From the NCBI GenBank assembly GCA_022813965.1, contig JALDZS010000026.1, positions 1 through 64,000 of the forward strand: 64,000 bases of DNA, in the 5' to 3' direction. A program made the translations under genes and the position numbers. The notes under the pieces are model-generated. The model worked only from the letters and a program-made list of their open reading frames with translations, had not been told where the DNA came from and made no database searches. This document shows, in pieces, positions 37,295 to 50,524 of the stretch. This stretch comes from Toensbergia leucococca. Its lineage: Eukaryota. Numbering within the stretch: position 1 is the stretch's first letter; each line of letters opens with the position of its first letter.

Positions 37295-38230
37295 CTAAGT
37301 CCCCATAAACCCATTCTCCTTCTTCCCCACCCACTCCCCCAACCCTTTAAACCCCCCAAATCTTTTCCGACATCCCTCAACATCAGCGCCAAACCCCACT
37401 CCCTCCATCCAACGAAACATCGCCCCCAAGTCCCCAACCGCCCACATCAACGCCCTACCAAAAACCCCAAACGTATCCGGCATCCCCTTCCCACAAACCC
37501 GCCTCCACACCTCCCCCGCTTCCGTCCAACTCACCTCATCCCCAGCAAGACTAATCCTCTCCCCCTCAAACTCCTCGGGAGCCTCAAACGCCCTCGCCGC
37601 CACAACCCCAACATCCCCCACACTAACAAACTGCAACCTCCTCCCCTCACTCAACTCAACCTTCCACATGGCCCCAAACAACTTCCCCACCATCCCGGGT
37701 TGAAAATTCTCCATGAACGCCACCGGCCGCAAGATGGTATACTTCATCATCACCCCATCCTCGGCGCACCGCTCCCGTAAATGCTTCTCCACCCGGAACT
37801 TGCTCGCAAAATGCGGCACATCCGTCGCTTCGCGATCGCCCCTCTCCCGACCCCCACGATCCGCACTCGTGTACACAAAATGCCGGACTCCACTGCCCAC
37901 ACTCGCATCCACAAGCTCCCTCCCCTGCCGCTCCTCCGTCTGGACCGTCTGACCTTGCCCCATGGGCACCTGAACCGAAAACACGCCGTCGATCTGCACC
38001 CCTAGCTCTTTCCGCGCGGCCGCGAAGATGGCTGGGCAATCGTCCAAATTACCGGCCAGGAGCGAAATGGACGGGAAAGCTGAGAGGAGCGAGCGTGCGG
38101 AGGGTGAGTTTGGAGAGCGCGTGAGAGCTAATATTCTGAAGGAGGGCGCAGGTGTGTGGCGATGCAAGGCACTGATGACAGCGCGGCCTTGTTTGCCAGT
38201 CGCGCCGGTCACGAGGAGCGTTTTGAGCAT
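37295..38230 (-). CDS. NmrA-like NAD(P)-binding (atypical SDR) protein, intronless
   Basis: LLVTGATGKQGRAV Rossmann motif, ALTRSPNS, GVRHFVYTS, VPHFASKFRVE, ILRPVAFMEN. Confidence 0.92.
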   Translation of the reverse strand: MLKTLLVTGATGKQGRAVISALHRHTPAPSFRILALTRSPNSPSARSLLSAFPSISLLAGNLDDCPAIFAAARKELGVQIDGVFSVQVPMGQGQTVQTEERQGRELVDASVGSGVRHFVYTSADRGGRERGDREATDVPHFASKFRVEKHLRERCAEDGVMMKYTILRPVAFMENFQPGMVGKLFGAMWKVELSEGRRLQFVSVGDVGVVAARAFEAPEEFEGERISLAGDEVSWTEAGEVWRRVCGKGMPDTFGVFGRALMWAVGDLGAMFRWMEGVGFGADVEGCRKRFGGFKGLGEWVGKKENGFMGT

Positions 38231-38935
38231 GGCTGGTAGAGGTGGTGCTTAATTGGGGATATTTTCTTTGGACGGCTTGGGAAGGGGTTGAAGGAAGTGA
38301 TGAATGTGTTTTGTATTGAGAAAGACTGCAAAAGATGCGAGTTGGGACCTTTTTTTTTGGTCTGTACTTTGATAGAAATTTTCAGAGGGAAATGATAGTA
38401 CAAATGTTGATATCAATAAATCGAAAAGGAAAAAACTCCTGCCTACCTATATACTCCAACCTCACCTCAACGCTAGACCATTAAGAGCAGCAAAAAGCCC
38501 CCACCAGTGCGCATCAGACCCTCACGGCGCAACGTCCGTTGCCCCATCTCTTGAAATGTGGGAATTTTCGTTGGTGTTTGCGGGGAGAACTTGTTTCTCC
38601 GTCGGGGGTTTCGTCCGCTGTCCGGACAGGATGAGGAAGCGAGCTGGACTTTCTCCGAGAAAAATCGACTAGCTTGGTAGGCGGAGGAATACTCGTCGGA
38701 CAAAAAGAACTAGGATATTTTGAAATTATCGGCTTTGGAAAAATACAAAAGAGGCCCCTGTTCGGTTTTGCTGCAAAATGTATGATTAAATGGATTTTGA
38801 AAAAACAAGATAGTAGGTCCACAAAAGAAAGCCCCTTTTTCTCAATATGCGTACAATGGGTATATAGATGAATCCACCACCCCCAAACCCCACTCAAAAC
38901 CCCTCACAAATCTAATTCCAATCCTAATTCCAATC

Positions 38936-40117
38936 CTAATCCCTCTTCCCCGTCCCACCTCCATACCCATTCATCCCAAATCCTCCCCCGCCCGGAAACG
39001 CATATCCCCTCTCCCCTCCCATCCTCTCTCTCCCATACCCCCTAATCCGCCTCGGCAACTCCACTCCGCGAAAATAGGCCAGACTGGCCGCGACTCCAAC
39101 ACCAGCACTCAGCAAGCAATACACCACGGTGCTGAAATGCACATGGCCGCCAAGTCCAGACGCCGACGTTGTCGAAGGTGGGAGCACGGGCGAAGAATAC
39201 CAGCGTATACTGAGACGCAGGAGTAAAGGGTCCCCGATTACGATGCGAGTGGAATGGCTTGAGAGGCTGGGGACGGAGTAGGCCGTTGCCGCTAGGATGT
39301 CGGCGTCTGTGGTGGCGAGGTCTGGAGAGGTGTGGAGGAGGATATTGAGCGAGGGACTTATGTGCAGGTGGCTCAGCTGGAGAGTTCCGGCTAGGGCGAA
39401 GATCAGGGGGATGTAGTCGTCTGGGGTTTCAGGGGATGTGGTGGGGGATGTGGTGGGGGATGAGGGAGTGGGAGAAAGGGGGTAGGTGGGGATGCGGCAA
39501 GTTAGAGGGGCGTCGTTGTGGATGTAGAACTCGAGGAGGTGAAAGAGGGGATCGGTGATTTCGATGGTGCAGTTTATGTCTGTGGGTTTTGGGGGAAAAG
39601 GGTCAGTCTGGGGAATTCGATTTTCTTGTAAAGGGGAGAGATGCCTTTTTCGACGCCAAAGGAGAGTTCGAGGGGTCGGGAAGTTTCGTTGCAGGTGGGA
39701 AAGGGGATATATTGTAGCTGGCCTTGAGGGTCCGTAATCTAGAAGAGCGTTGGTATCAGCATTTTATCCATATTTGCAGAGGTACGGAAGTATTCCATGC
39801 ATATGCTCGATCAAAACAGGTAAGGCTTACATGCTCGCCGGTATCACTGTGCATGCGCAAGAAAGTATCCAGTCAGCCTCATAACCCCATAAATCCACAA
39901 CCATTCCTCATTGTATATTGAATTGCTCAAGTCGCGGTTAGGCAGCTTACATTGTTCGATTGAGACAGCTGACTGGTATGGCTTGGCCAGGCGCATAGGT
40001 GGCTTTCTTGTCCAGTTTTAGAGGATTCTCTGAGCTGGATGCTTCTACATAGGAAAACAGGAAGGGAAGAAATACATGCCAAAGAAGTAAACAGAAGGCG
40101 GAGCTTGACCAAATCAT
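38936..40117 (-). CDS. Conserved hypothetical type I membrane protein (signal peptide, Cys-containing lumenal domain, one TM helix; 4 exons)
   Basis: Spliced product MIWSSSAFCLLLWHVFLPFLFSYVEA...PVSCLNRTI-DTGEH-ITDPQGQLQYIPFPTCNET...DINCTI...LTCRIP...TVVYCLLSAGVGVAASLAYF...GKRD. Includes a 16-nt micro-exon (39831-39846) and a GC-AG intron (39580-39644). The ORF track shows only the last 83 aa. Confidence 0.75.
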
Positions 40118-40472
40118 TGCGGGACAGGTGCCAGGGGCAGAGAAAGATTTCTACCAGGCCGTGTTGCACGCCTCGGAGGAAAGAATTACCAGCGGCTATT
40201 TTACGCTTAAGTTTAGCGACACCCTAAATTTATACCTAATTTCCTGTACCTTGCAGCTCCAAGCTAATACAAATAAAAGTTTCGTGAATGTCTAGATCAA
40301 TGGTAGGTACGAGTAGTCTTTCTACTTACGGAGCACCTAAGTGATAGTAGGAGGAATTCCATTTCCGTTTCCGTTTCATATGTGCTTGCTTTTCTCACCT
40401 CATTCCCTGATAGAGATATTCTGGTCATTAAGCCCCAAGGGCATATCAACTAATGTACGGAGTACCTCATCT

Positions 40473-42234
<1,762 letters not shown>

Positions 42235-42426
42235 TTTAACAGTCCTTGTAGCAGTTCAAGTCGAGCAAAGAATGTACAGAAATGAACTTAGAGTGTAAAG
42301 TTCGGTCAATGTTTCTTTCAAGCTTGGATGATTTTACGGCAAGGCCTAGTACCTTACCGACGGAAGCTGCGGAGAGTGCTAGGTAGGGGAGTGAAGACTG
42401 AACAAGGTAGTCTGAAGAGTGGACCT

Positions 42427-42471
42427 GAAGTGGGGCACCCCGCCGAAGTTTGGCCCCACTTCGAACCCCGC
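42427..42471. promoter_or_regulatory. Inverted repeat carrying four CreA-type SYGGRG boxes upstream of PGI1
   Basis: GAAGTGGGGC (42427-36) / GCCCCACTTC (42453-62) 10-bp inverted repeat; GTGGGG, CCCCGC, CCCCAC and CCCCGC within 45 bp, about 190 bp upstream of the ATG. Confidence 0.5.
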
Positions 42472-42788
42472 CAATACATGAGTTACCATATTCGGTTCAC
42501 CGCCTCATGTTTCTGCATCGATATATCAGTGGCTGATGATTAGAGCATAGCTATATGAGGACAGTTCACATCATTGGCCAAATTTGAATGTATATCTTTT
42601 AGGCTTGAGCAAGCCTGTGTCTTCAGCACCGCAGGTACATAGACTTCTGCTCAAAGATTCAACCACCTCGCATTGCAGCAAGATAGACCTGCAGCTGGCC
42701 CCAGCGAGAACGCCCCTTGAAGCAGCAAGCGCGCCACGTTTCACATTCGATCAAATGTACAAGAGACCATTGTTCACATCATGCCAGC

Positions 42789-44960
42789 TTAATTGCCATT
42801 GACACTACCGAATGAAGGGTCCTTCACACTACCACCGGCATCACCAAGCCCTGCAACAGGTCGATTGTAGGACCAGCCCGCAAATTGTTGCTGCATCGTC
42901 TGGGAAAGCATAGGCCCGTCGACATATGAATCAGTAGGGGCCTCAGAGGTGAACTCGCGGTCGAAGTTGGCTGTGTCTAGCGCATCCGCCTAATTGAGTC
43001 AGCCTATGGTCACGTTTAGTCAGAAATTGTCTAAATGGGTACATACTACATTTGGTTTGAAAGTAGGATCGTATTTCCTCTGTAACAGCTTCCTCCAATC
43101 AATGCTATGGAAAAACTGGTGAGCTTTGATCTCAGAAGCACCATTGGCGCCAAGTCTCTGTTCGGGCCTGCGATCGAGAAGTCGCGTCAAGAGATCCTTG
43201 GCCGCTGGAGGAACAATTTCGGGTCCTGGAAAATGGAGAGGCTCAGATAGGATTTTGCGGTACATCTCGTTAGTATTCTCGTCATAATACGGCGGTAAAC
43301 CAGTCAACATCTCGTAGAGAAGTACACCGAGGGTCCACCAATCAACCGTCTTGGTGTATCCTTGGCCAAGCAGGAGCTCAGGAGCAAGGTACTCAGGAGT
43401 GCCACAGAATGCTGTTCCTTAAGTAAGCCTTGGTTTAGAGACAGTATGGTTCGAGCTTACTATTCGTCCTGTCCTCATCCTTCATGTCTAGCTTACAAAG
43501 ACCGAAATCACACAACGCAATATGCCCTGAGTAATCGAGCAAAATATTCTCTGGTTTCAGGTCTCGATAAATGACGTTAAACCCATGCAAACATTCTAAA
43601 GCGCACAGCAACTCGGCCGTGTAGAATCTTGATCGGTTGATATCAAATCGCTGCTCCCGTTGAAGGTGGTGAAAAAGCTCTCCGCCGTTGACGAATGCAA
43701 GAACTAGGTAGAGTTTTTCGGGCGATTGAAACGAGAACTTAAGAGGGACAATGAATGGATTGTTGATCTGAGCCAGTACCGATCGCTCGGCTAGGGTATG
43801 TGAAACTTCAGATCTAGAGATTATGTGGGCTTTACGGATTGTCTTGAGAGCGTATATTCGATGTGTATCACGTTTCCTGGAGTAGGGTGGTCAGCCTTGT
43901 AGCAATTAATCTAGCGTCCCAACAAGGATCTACAAACATCACTTGCATAACCTTGCCAAAGCTACCCTTTCCGACGACTTTGAGGAGTTCGAAGTCTTCA
44001 ATCTTCAATGTCCGTTGCCGGTTTTCGACGAAAGTCACTCCAATCTTGATCGAGCCGGTCCCGAAGGCAACCTCAAGCCACTCTGCTCCACTCTGTCCTA
44101 ATTGCCTTTCTTGTTGAGCGAATGCTGCGGCGCCTTTCTCCCTATCCCTTCGGCTCGCTTTTGGGTCTTCCACATAATGCCTCGGCTCCTCAAATCGTGG
44201 GTTCACGCGGCATACGCCTAAGAAAATGTCTTCGCTTCTACCAGCACCTGGACGTGCATTGGGGTTCCGTAGATATATTTGTGCAGACAGCTCTGTAGTG
44301 CGTGAAACATCAAATTTGTACGATGTATTGTCGCCCGCCCAATAAGGGTTCTCAGGACTTCCAGAAACAGCATCAACGAAAACCTGTACCTTATCGAAGT
44401 CAAGGAGTGCGTAGGGTAAGTGTCGTGATGAGTAACGGCCATGGATGGTCGGCGCGGCGTTTATACCTCCACTCGTAGATTGCGGTCGAGCGCTGTTGGC
44501 GTAAGATCCTGCCACTCCACCAGGAGTACGAGCGGAGCCCGCAACAGAAAAACCACTACTGCTAGCCGCCGAACTTTGCATTTGCGAGTTGAAATTTTGC
44601 TGATAATGTGGAGGTAACGAAAGCCCCTTGCCTTCATGTAAAGTTACAATGAGAATCCCGGGTTTAGAAGGCGCCAAGGGAGGAGAGACCATGGCTTCTG
44701 ATGCGGCTGTATCTTGTGAGTCCAAATAGGAGCTTGCAGCTCAAGGAGACATACCGATTCCATTGCTGCTACTGATACTAGGGCTGGCCTTCTCCTCTAC
44801 TGGTTCAGGAACTTCAGCCTTGATTGTAGAGGTAGACGTGGTCCGACCAAGTGAATTCTTCAGCGGACCCAAGTGGGTTTCCTTGAATTCTATGAATACG
44901 TTAGCGGCATTACCTGCATGAATACTTTCGGGACTTGCTCTTCGTCAAATTCCAAGACAT
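42789..44960 (-). CDS. YPK1: AGC Ser/Thr kinase Ypk1/Gad8/YpkA (C2-like region plus kinase domain; about 6 exons)
   Basis: MSWNLTKKFKETHLGPL, VVGKGSFGKVMQV, IYRDLKPENILLD, TFCGTPEYLAPE, hydrophobic motif QQQFAGWSY. The first intron (44890-44938) is GC-AG. Confidence 0.95.
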
Positions 44961-45533
44961 GGTGGACGAATGAGCGTATGGTCTGGCTATGAAATTGTAG
45001 ATTGGTATTGAAGTTGTTCTGGGAGATATGTTGGGAGCAACAGGAACAGTGTCCTCTAGATGCTTGTTCCCAAAACGTCAATTTGCCACTTCAAAGTGGC
45101 CTTGACGATGCAATCTCCTCAACAGAATTGCGGCGGGAGAACAGCGTGAGATTGAAGCAACAAGAGTAGACGGGTGGCATCTGGCTAGGTTCACAGTGAC
45201 AAGCAAAGGTGGATTATCTGTGGTGGGGAATCTCAAAGGTACAAGGTAGAATAAGCCCGTGTTAGCGTTCGGCGTCATAGCAATCCCCCCTCACCCTTCA
45301 CCTGATTGGCTGCGCAACGACCTTGTAATCCGACGTTCAAGACGCGACTATTTACGGCCTCAATTTCCATTGACTACCAGGAAATTTGCGTCTCCCGTTT
45401 TTGGACTATCTACAAGACTGCTTGCTGCCACATTGCTCTACCCAGATAAAGCGCTGCCTCTCTAGTAGCGTACCGTACCGTGCTGTTATCTGACTTTCAC
45501 GAGCGAGCCGAAGGGATCCTATGAGTTCACGGA

Positions 45534-47246
45534 ATGGGCGTCATCAGAAAGAAGACAATTACCCGAGGCACTGAAGGGGGACTGAAGTATATATGCGACG
45601 TTTGCTCGGCTGATATCACATCTACCGTGAGTCCCTGGTGAGAAGAACTACTCACGGCCATAAGGCTGACCATTCACAGGTTCGAATTCGATGTGCGTAC
45701 AGTGTCTGTAGTGACTATGATCTCTGTGTTCCCTGTTTTGCAAGAGGAGCCACCTCCCGTGATCATGATCCAAAGACACATCCATACTCCGTCATTGAAC
45801 AGCACTCTATCCCAATTTACACCAAGGATTGGGGAGCCGATGAGGAACTCCTGATGCTGGAGGGCGCAGAGGTTTACGGGCTTGGGTCATGGGCAGATAT
45901 CGCAGATCACATCGGTGGTTACCGAACAAAAGAGGAAGTTCGAGAACACTACGTCAAAACCTATATTGAGAGCTCGCATTTCCCTTTGCCCGAGAAGGCT
46001 GATCCTAAGGATGTCGCTTTACTTGAGGAAAACCCTCGAGAAAAGTTCCAAGCGCGAAAGAAACGGCGAATAGAGGAACGGAAGGAAGCTGCAAAAGCCG
46101 CGCCCCCAGCAGCACCCAAGCAAAAGCCAACAGCCAGTGTGCCCGCTTGCCACGAGGTCCAAGGTTACATGCCTGGGCGTTTGGAATTCGAAACCGAATT
46201 TGCGAACGAAGCCGAAGAAGCAGTCCAGCACATGCAGTTCGATCCTGGCAATGGCATCAATCCCCGCACGGGTGAGCTCGAGCCTGAGATGGAGCTGAAG
46301 ATGGTAGTAATGGACATCTACAACTCACGCCTCACCTCGCGCGCCGAGCGGAAAAAAGTCGTATTTGAGCACAACCTCCTCGAATATCGCAAAAATGCCG
46401 CCATAGACAAAAAACGCACCAAAGAAGAGCGAGATCTCTTGAATAAAGCAAAACCATTCGCCCGCATGACCAACCACGCGGACTTCGACGCCTTTGCCGC
46501 GGGCCTTGAATACGAACACAACCTCCGCACCGCCATCACTCAGCTCCAAGAATGGCGCCAAATGCGCGTCGGCGACCTCAAAAGCGGCGAAAAATACGAA
46601 GCTGACAAGCAAACCCGCGCCCAACGTCCGGCTCCTACCGGGACATTCGACCGCCTCGCTGGAGTCCGAATCTCGAAACCCACCCCTCCCGTTGAAACCC
46701 CATCAGCCACTACCGCCCTCACAGCCCCAGAGCTTCCCGAACGGCTAAAGCATCCACCACTGTCCCATCGCCACACGACATCCTCTTCCCCCGCGGCCCC
46801 TCACTCGGCCGCTCCGACTAAAGGCCCCCTTACGAACGGCTCCTCAAACACGCACAACCTCCCCACTCCTGCCCAAAAACCCCACTACAGCATTCCTCCC
46901 CTCTCCGGCACGCAACCCCTCAAACTAACCAACGAAAACGCAACAGACCTTCATCTTCTTACCAAAGAGGAGGCGGAACTGTGTAGCGTGCTGCGGATCA
47001 TGCCAAAGCCGTATCTGGTCATCAAGGAGGGATTAATCAAGGAGGCGATGAAGAGTGGGGGTGGTTTGAAGCGGAAGGCTGCGAGGGAGCTTTGCAAGGT
47101 ATGTCTTCGCAAGTGGTGTTGAGACGATAGGATCAATTTAGGATGTGAGACAGGTGCTGACTACGAGGGCTCTCTAGATCGATCCGTCAAAGAGCACGCG
47201 GATCTTTGATTTCTTCCTGCATGCGGGCTGGATACAGAAGGTGTAA
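45534..47246 (+). CDS. ADA2: SAGA/ADA transcriptional adaptor Ada2 (ZZ finger, SANT, SWIRM; 3 exons)
   Basis: [92 protein letters not shown]. Confidence 0.95.
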
Positions 47247-47712
47247 AGCGGGTACTCTTCTAGGGTGATAGGTATGATAGGTAAACGACTGATATTTGGG
47301 GTGAAGGTATACTAGCGACAAATATCTTCTCTGGCGAAAGATCTGGCGGTCAGGATATCTAAGCGATGTTTTTGGTGTATACTATTTGTTTTGACATCTA
47401 GATTTAATGTATACCTTGTCCAAAGGAGAGCCATTCCTCCATAAGTTCAAGGCTTTTATAAAAATGATCGACGTGGATACCTTGCAGAGTACGCATAATA
47501 TCTGCACTAAGACATTGATACTCATACCCAGCGTCTGCCCATTATTTTCAACCGAAACACCGCGCTTCCTGCGTTAAACTCACAAGCGGACCTTTACTAA
47601 TACAGGGCCCAGTATCGCACGACTCGTCTCGCATAACCCGCCCGAAAGAAAAGAAGATTCAAGACAAACCCCTGTACAGTCGCCAGAGTAGCATGGATTG
47701 CCTGCACGATAC

Positions 47713-50219
47713 TTACTGCATCGTCACTCCAGGAAAGGTTTTCCGATTCTGTATGTTGACCGCAAACTCGAAAATTCCCTCCTCGATCCCAACATACCTA
47801 TCAAAGCCCCGAATCAGCCATCTTCGTCCCCCATCCTTCCAAAGAGAAAAAAGTGAAACAGCAAAACTCACATACTCCTGCCATCCCGGCTCCACCCTAT
47901 TCCCATAGTCGTCACCCCATCGCCCACCCTCACCCTCCCCTCCGCCAACCGTCTCAACACATCCAACTCAGCCTGCTCGTACCCACCTTCGACGTCTCCT
48001 GCTCTCGCAGAACTTGTTCGTTCGCGTGATTGTCTTTGTCGTTGCAAACGCAGTCGCTCTATGCGGGTTTGTTGGTGCTGCTGGTGTTGGATTTGGCGGA
48101 CTGCGAAATCACGTTCACGCCGGAGGCGGGTGGCTATTTCAGGAAGGTGTCCAGAGGCCATGGCTTCGGAGATGGTTTGCCAGGGATCGGTGGTCGCGGA
48201 GGATGAGGCAGGAGTGGATACGGAGGTGGATGTTGTGGGGGTGGTGCTGTCGGTGGAGGAATGTAGGCGAGAGGGGGATGCTGAGAGATTTTGGGTTGCA
48301 GTACCAATTGGCGCGAGACTGGAGGGGTGAGGGGATGAGGAAGCGTTTACCCTGTTGCTGGTGGTTATAACAACAGAGCTGCGCCGCCGAGGCTGGTAAG
48401 AACGATCGCCGGTCCGGTCTCTTTCAAGGTTTCGCTGGCGCATATATTCGTGAATGCTGCTACCGCTTCGGGTGTTTTGAAGAGTAGATAAGAGAGTGCT
48501 GGATGGATTGGTAATTTGGGGTGTGGTGTCCCCCTGTCTGCTCGAGGAAGCGATACTTGTAGTTTGTGGATAGTTTACACTTACCGGAGAGTACTGCCCA
48601 GTCTCTGTGTGTACTTGCTCGTTTGCACGCTGGCGATCGACGCGTATAGTTTCGAGCATTTGGCGTTCGCTTTCGGTCAAGGCGTAAGGCGAGGACTCTC
48701 GATCCCTCTGCCCAATTTCACGGGCTTCACGCTCGAGGCGCCGTCGTTCTGCAGCAAGTTCCATATAGTCTGCCGTGTGGCTTACAGAGGCTGTGTCATT
48801 ATGTGTGTCTAGGGCTTCTTGATACCGTTGCGCAAATCGAGCTTCAATGTCCAGTTGCCGCTGCTCCATAGTTCGAGGGTCTTCGTCTAATTGAGACATA
48901 CTTACTCTGGTGAGATTGGGAGAGTCTGGATCTAGGTTGATTGTTTGCCTTGACTGGAATGCGTTCCGCAAGTCTGTGACGCATACTCGTCCTTGATCTT
49001 CGGCCCATGCAAGAAGATCCCATGGTGCTGGGGCGAAGCTCATTGATCGAACAGCACCACTGCCACTTGCGCCAACACATGGCCTAGACGATCGAAGAAC
49101 ATCAATGACAGCGTCATCTACATCCATCTCTTCTCGAATCAAGTTTGTGTCAAATATAGTGATAACACCAGTCTGCGAAGCTACCGCGCAAACATGGCCG
49201 GAAGGCGAAAAAGCAGTCGAGAAGCAAGCGTCGGATGAGTCTGCAAAACCGAGCCTAGGTTCGGCTATCTCACGCCATTCATATTCTTGATATGTTATTT
49301 TCCCGTAGCCTCCAAGGTTCGAGACGTCGACCCTTTTACAAAAAAAAGCTCGAGGCTCGTCTCCAACGGCAAGTAAGAGCTTCCCGTCTGGCGAAATAGT
49401 CGCATGATTCATAGGCGTAGGGAAATGAAGGGTAGCGAGCAAGCGAGACTGTGATAAGGAGAATATGCGGACAGTCTGGTCATTATTCCTAGGACTGTCA
49501 ATATCACCTTGAAATATTGACCCTTTTTGGACTTACGTCAAAACAGCTAGAACTTCATCCTGAAGGCCTTTCTTTTTATCGCCAAGCAAGCAAAGTACTT
49601 TCACGGAGTTCACAATGGAGTCTCCGACCTCATGAATTTGGACCTCGGGTTTCCTTCGCCTGCCGAATAAGGTTGAGGACTGGCTTCGATGAAGGAAGTT
49701 TGGAGCAAGTATTCGAGACTCGGGGTCGAGATCTAAAGGTAAGAGATCATCGACCTCGGCATGATGGTGGGCAGCTCGTCCATTCAGTCCGGTCGAAGTA
49801 CAGCCATCGATGTTGATGAAAGCACACCGACCATTATCGAATCCTCCAACACAAATCCACCCATGACCAGCGTCCAGACATTGCGGCTCCCACGGTAAGC
49901 TTGCAATTAACTCTTTCTTCCGCGTAGATATGTGCAAGGCGTAAACCTCATGCTCGGAAGCAAAGAAGATGACGTTAGGCTCGGTAGTACTTATGAAATT
50001 CTTGAGTTGATGATGCCTAGATATATGTCAGTCGAAATGACAGCATGGGCAGGCACAAGGGTGGCCTACTGCTGGGGAATTTTCGTAGGGTAGAAAGTCC
50101 GCTGAGATAAATGGAGGAGCGAAGTGGTCTCTTGGGGTCTAGCCAATATCAACAATTTGTGGTCCAGTGTCCAGCTCCCCGATGCAGCTCAATACTTACT
50201 GGGTCACGTTGATCGTCAT
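47713..50219 (-). CDS. DUF2415-like WD40/beta-propeller protein (about 5 exons)
   Basis: HHQLKNFI, GWICVGGFDNG, IVNSV, NNDQTVRIFSL, PMNHATISPDGKLLLAVGD, GAVRSMSFAPAPWDLLAWAEDQGRVCVTDLR, MGIGWSRDGR..YVGIEEGIFEF. Confidence 0.75.
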
Positions 50220-50338
50220 GTTGCCTGAGACGCAGATGCTCACAAGACAAGCGCAGACTTCCAGAGGACAATTGCACCACCTACCGTCCACCTTACTCTA
50301 GTGTGACGTACTTGCTAGCGCGCCTGGCCCTGGCGGCA

Positions 50339-50356
50339 GAATATTCGGCACGATTC
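50339..50356. promoter_or_regulatory. Candidate heat-shock element upstream of SSC1
   Basis: GAAtaTTCggcacgaTTC (nGAAn/nTTCn units in 5-bp register with one gap), about 170 bp before the ATG. Confidence 0.35.
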
Positions 50357-50524
50357 CAGGTCCGCCGTAATTATGCGCTAAGATTTTTCGATTTCTCTCG
50401 TCTTCTTTTTTGCTCCTACAAAACTTCTAGATACTCACGCCTCCCACCACCGCATCCTTCTTCCATTCACGCCTTTCATCTAGTAGGCTGTTTCCAATAC
50501 TGCGCTACACTTTGGTCGTGCATC

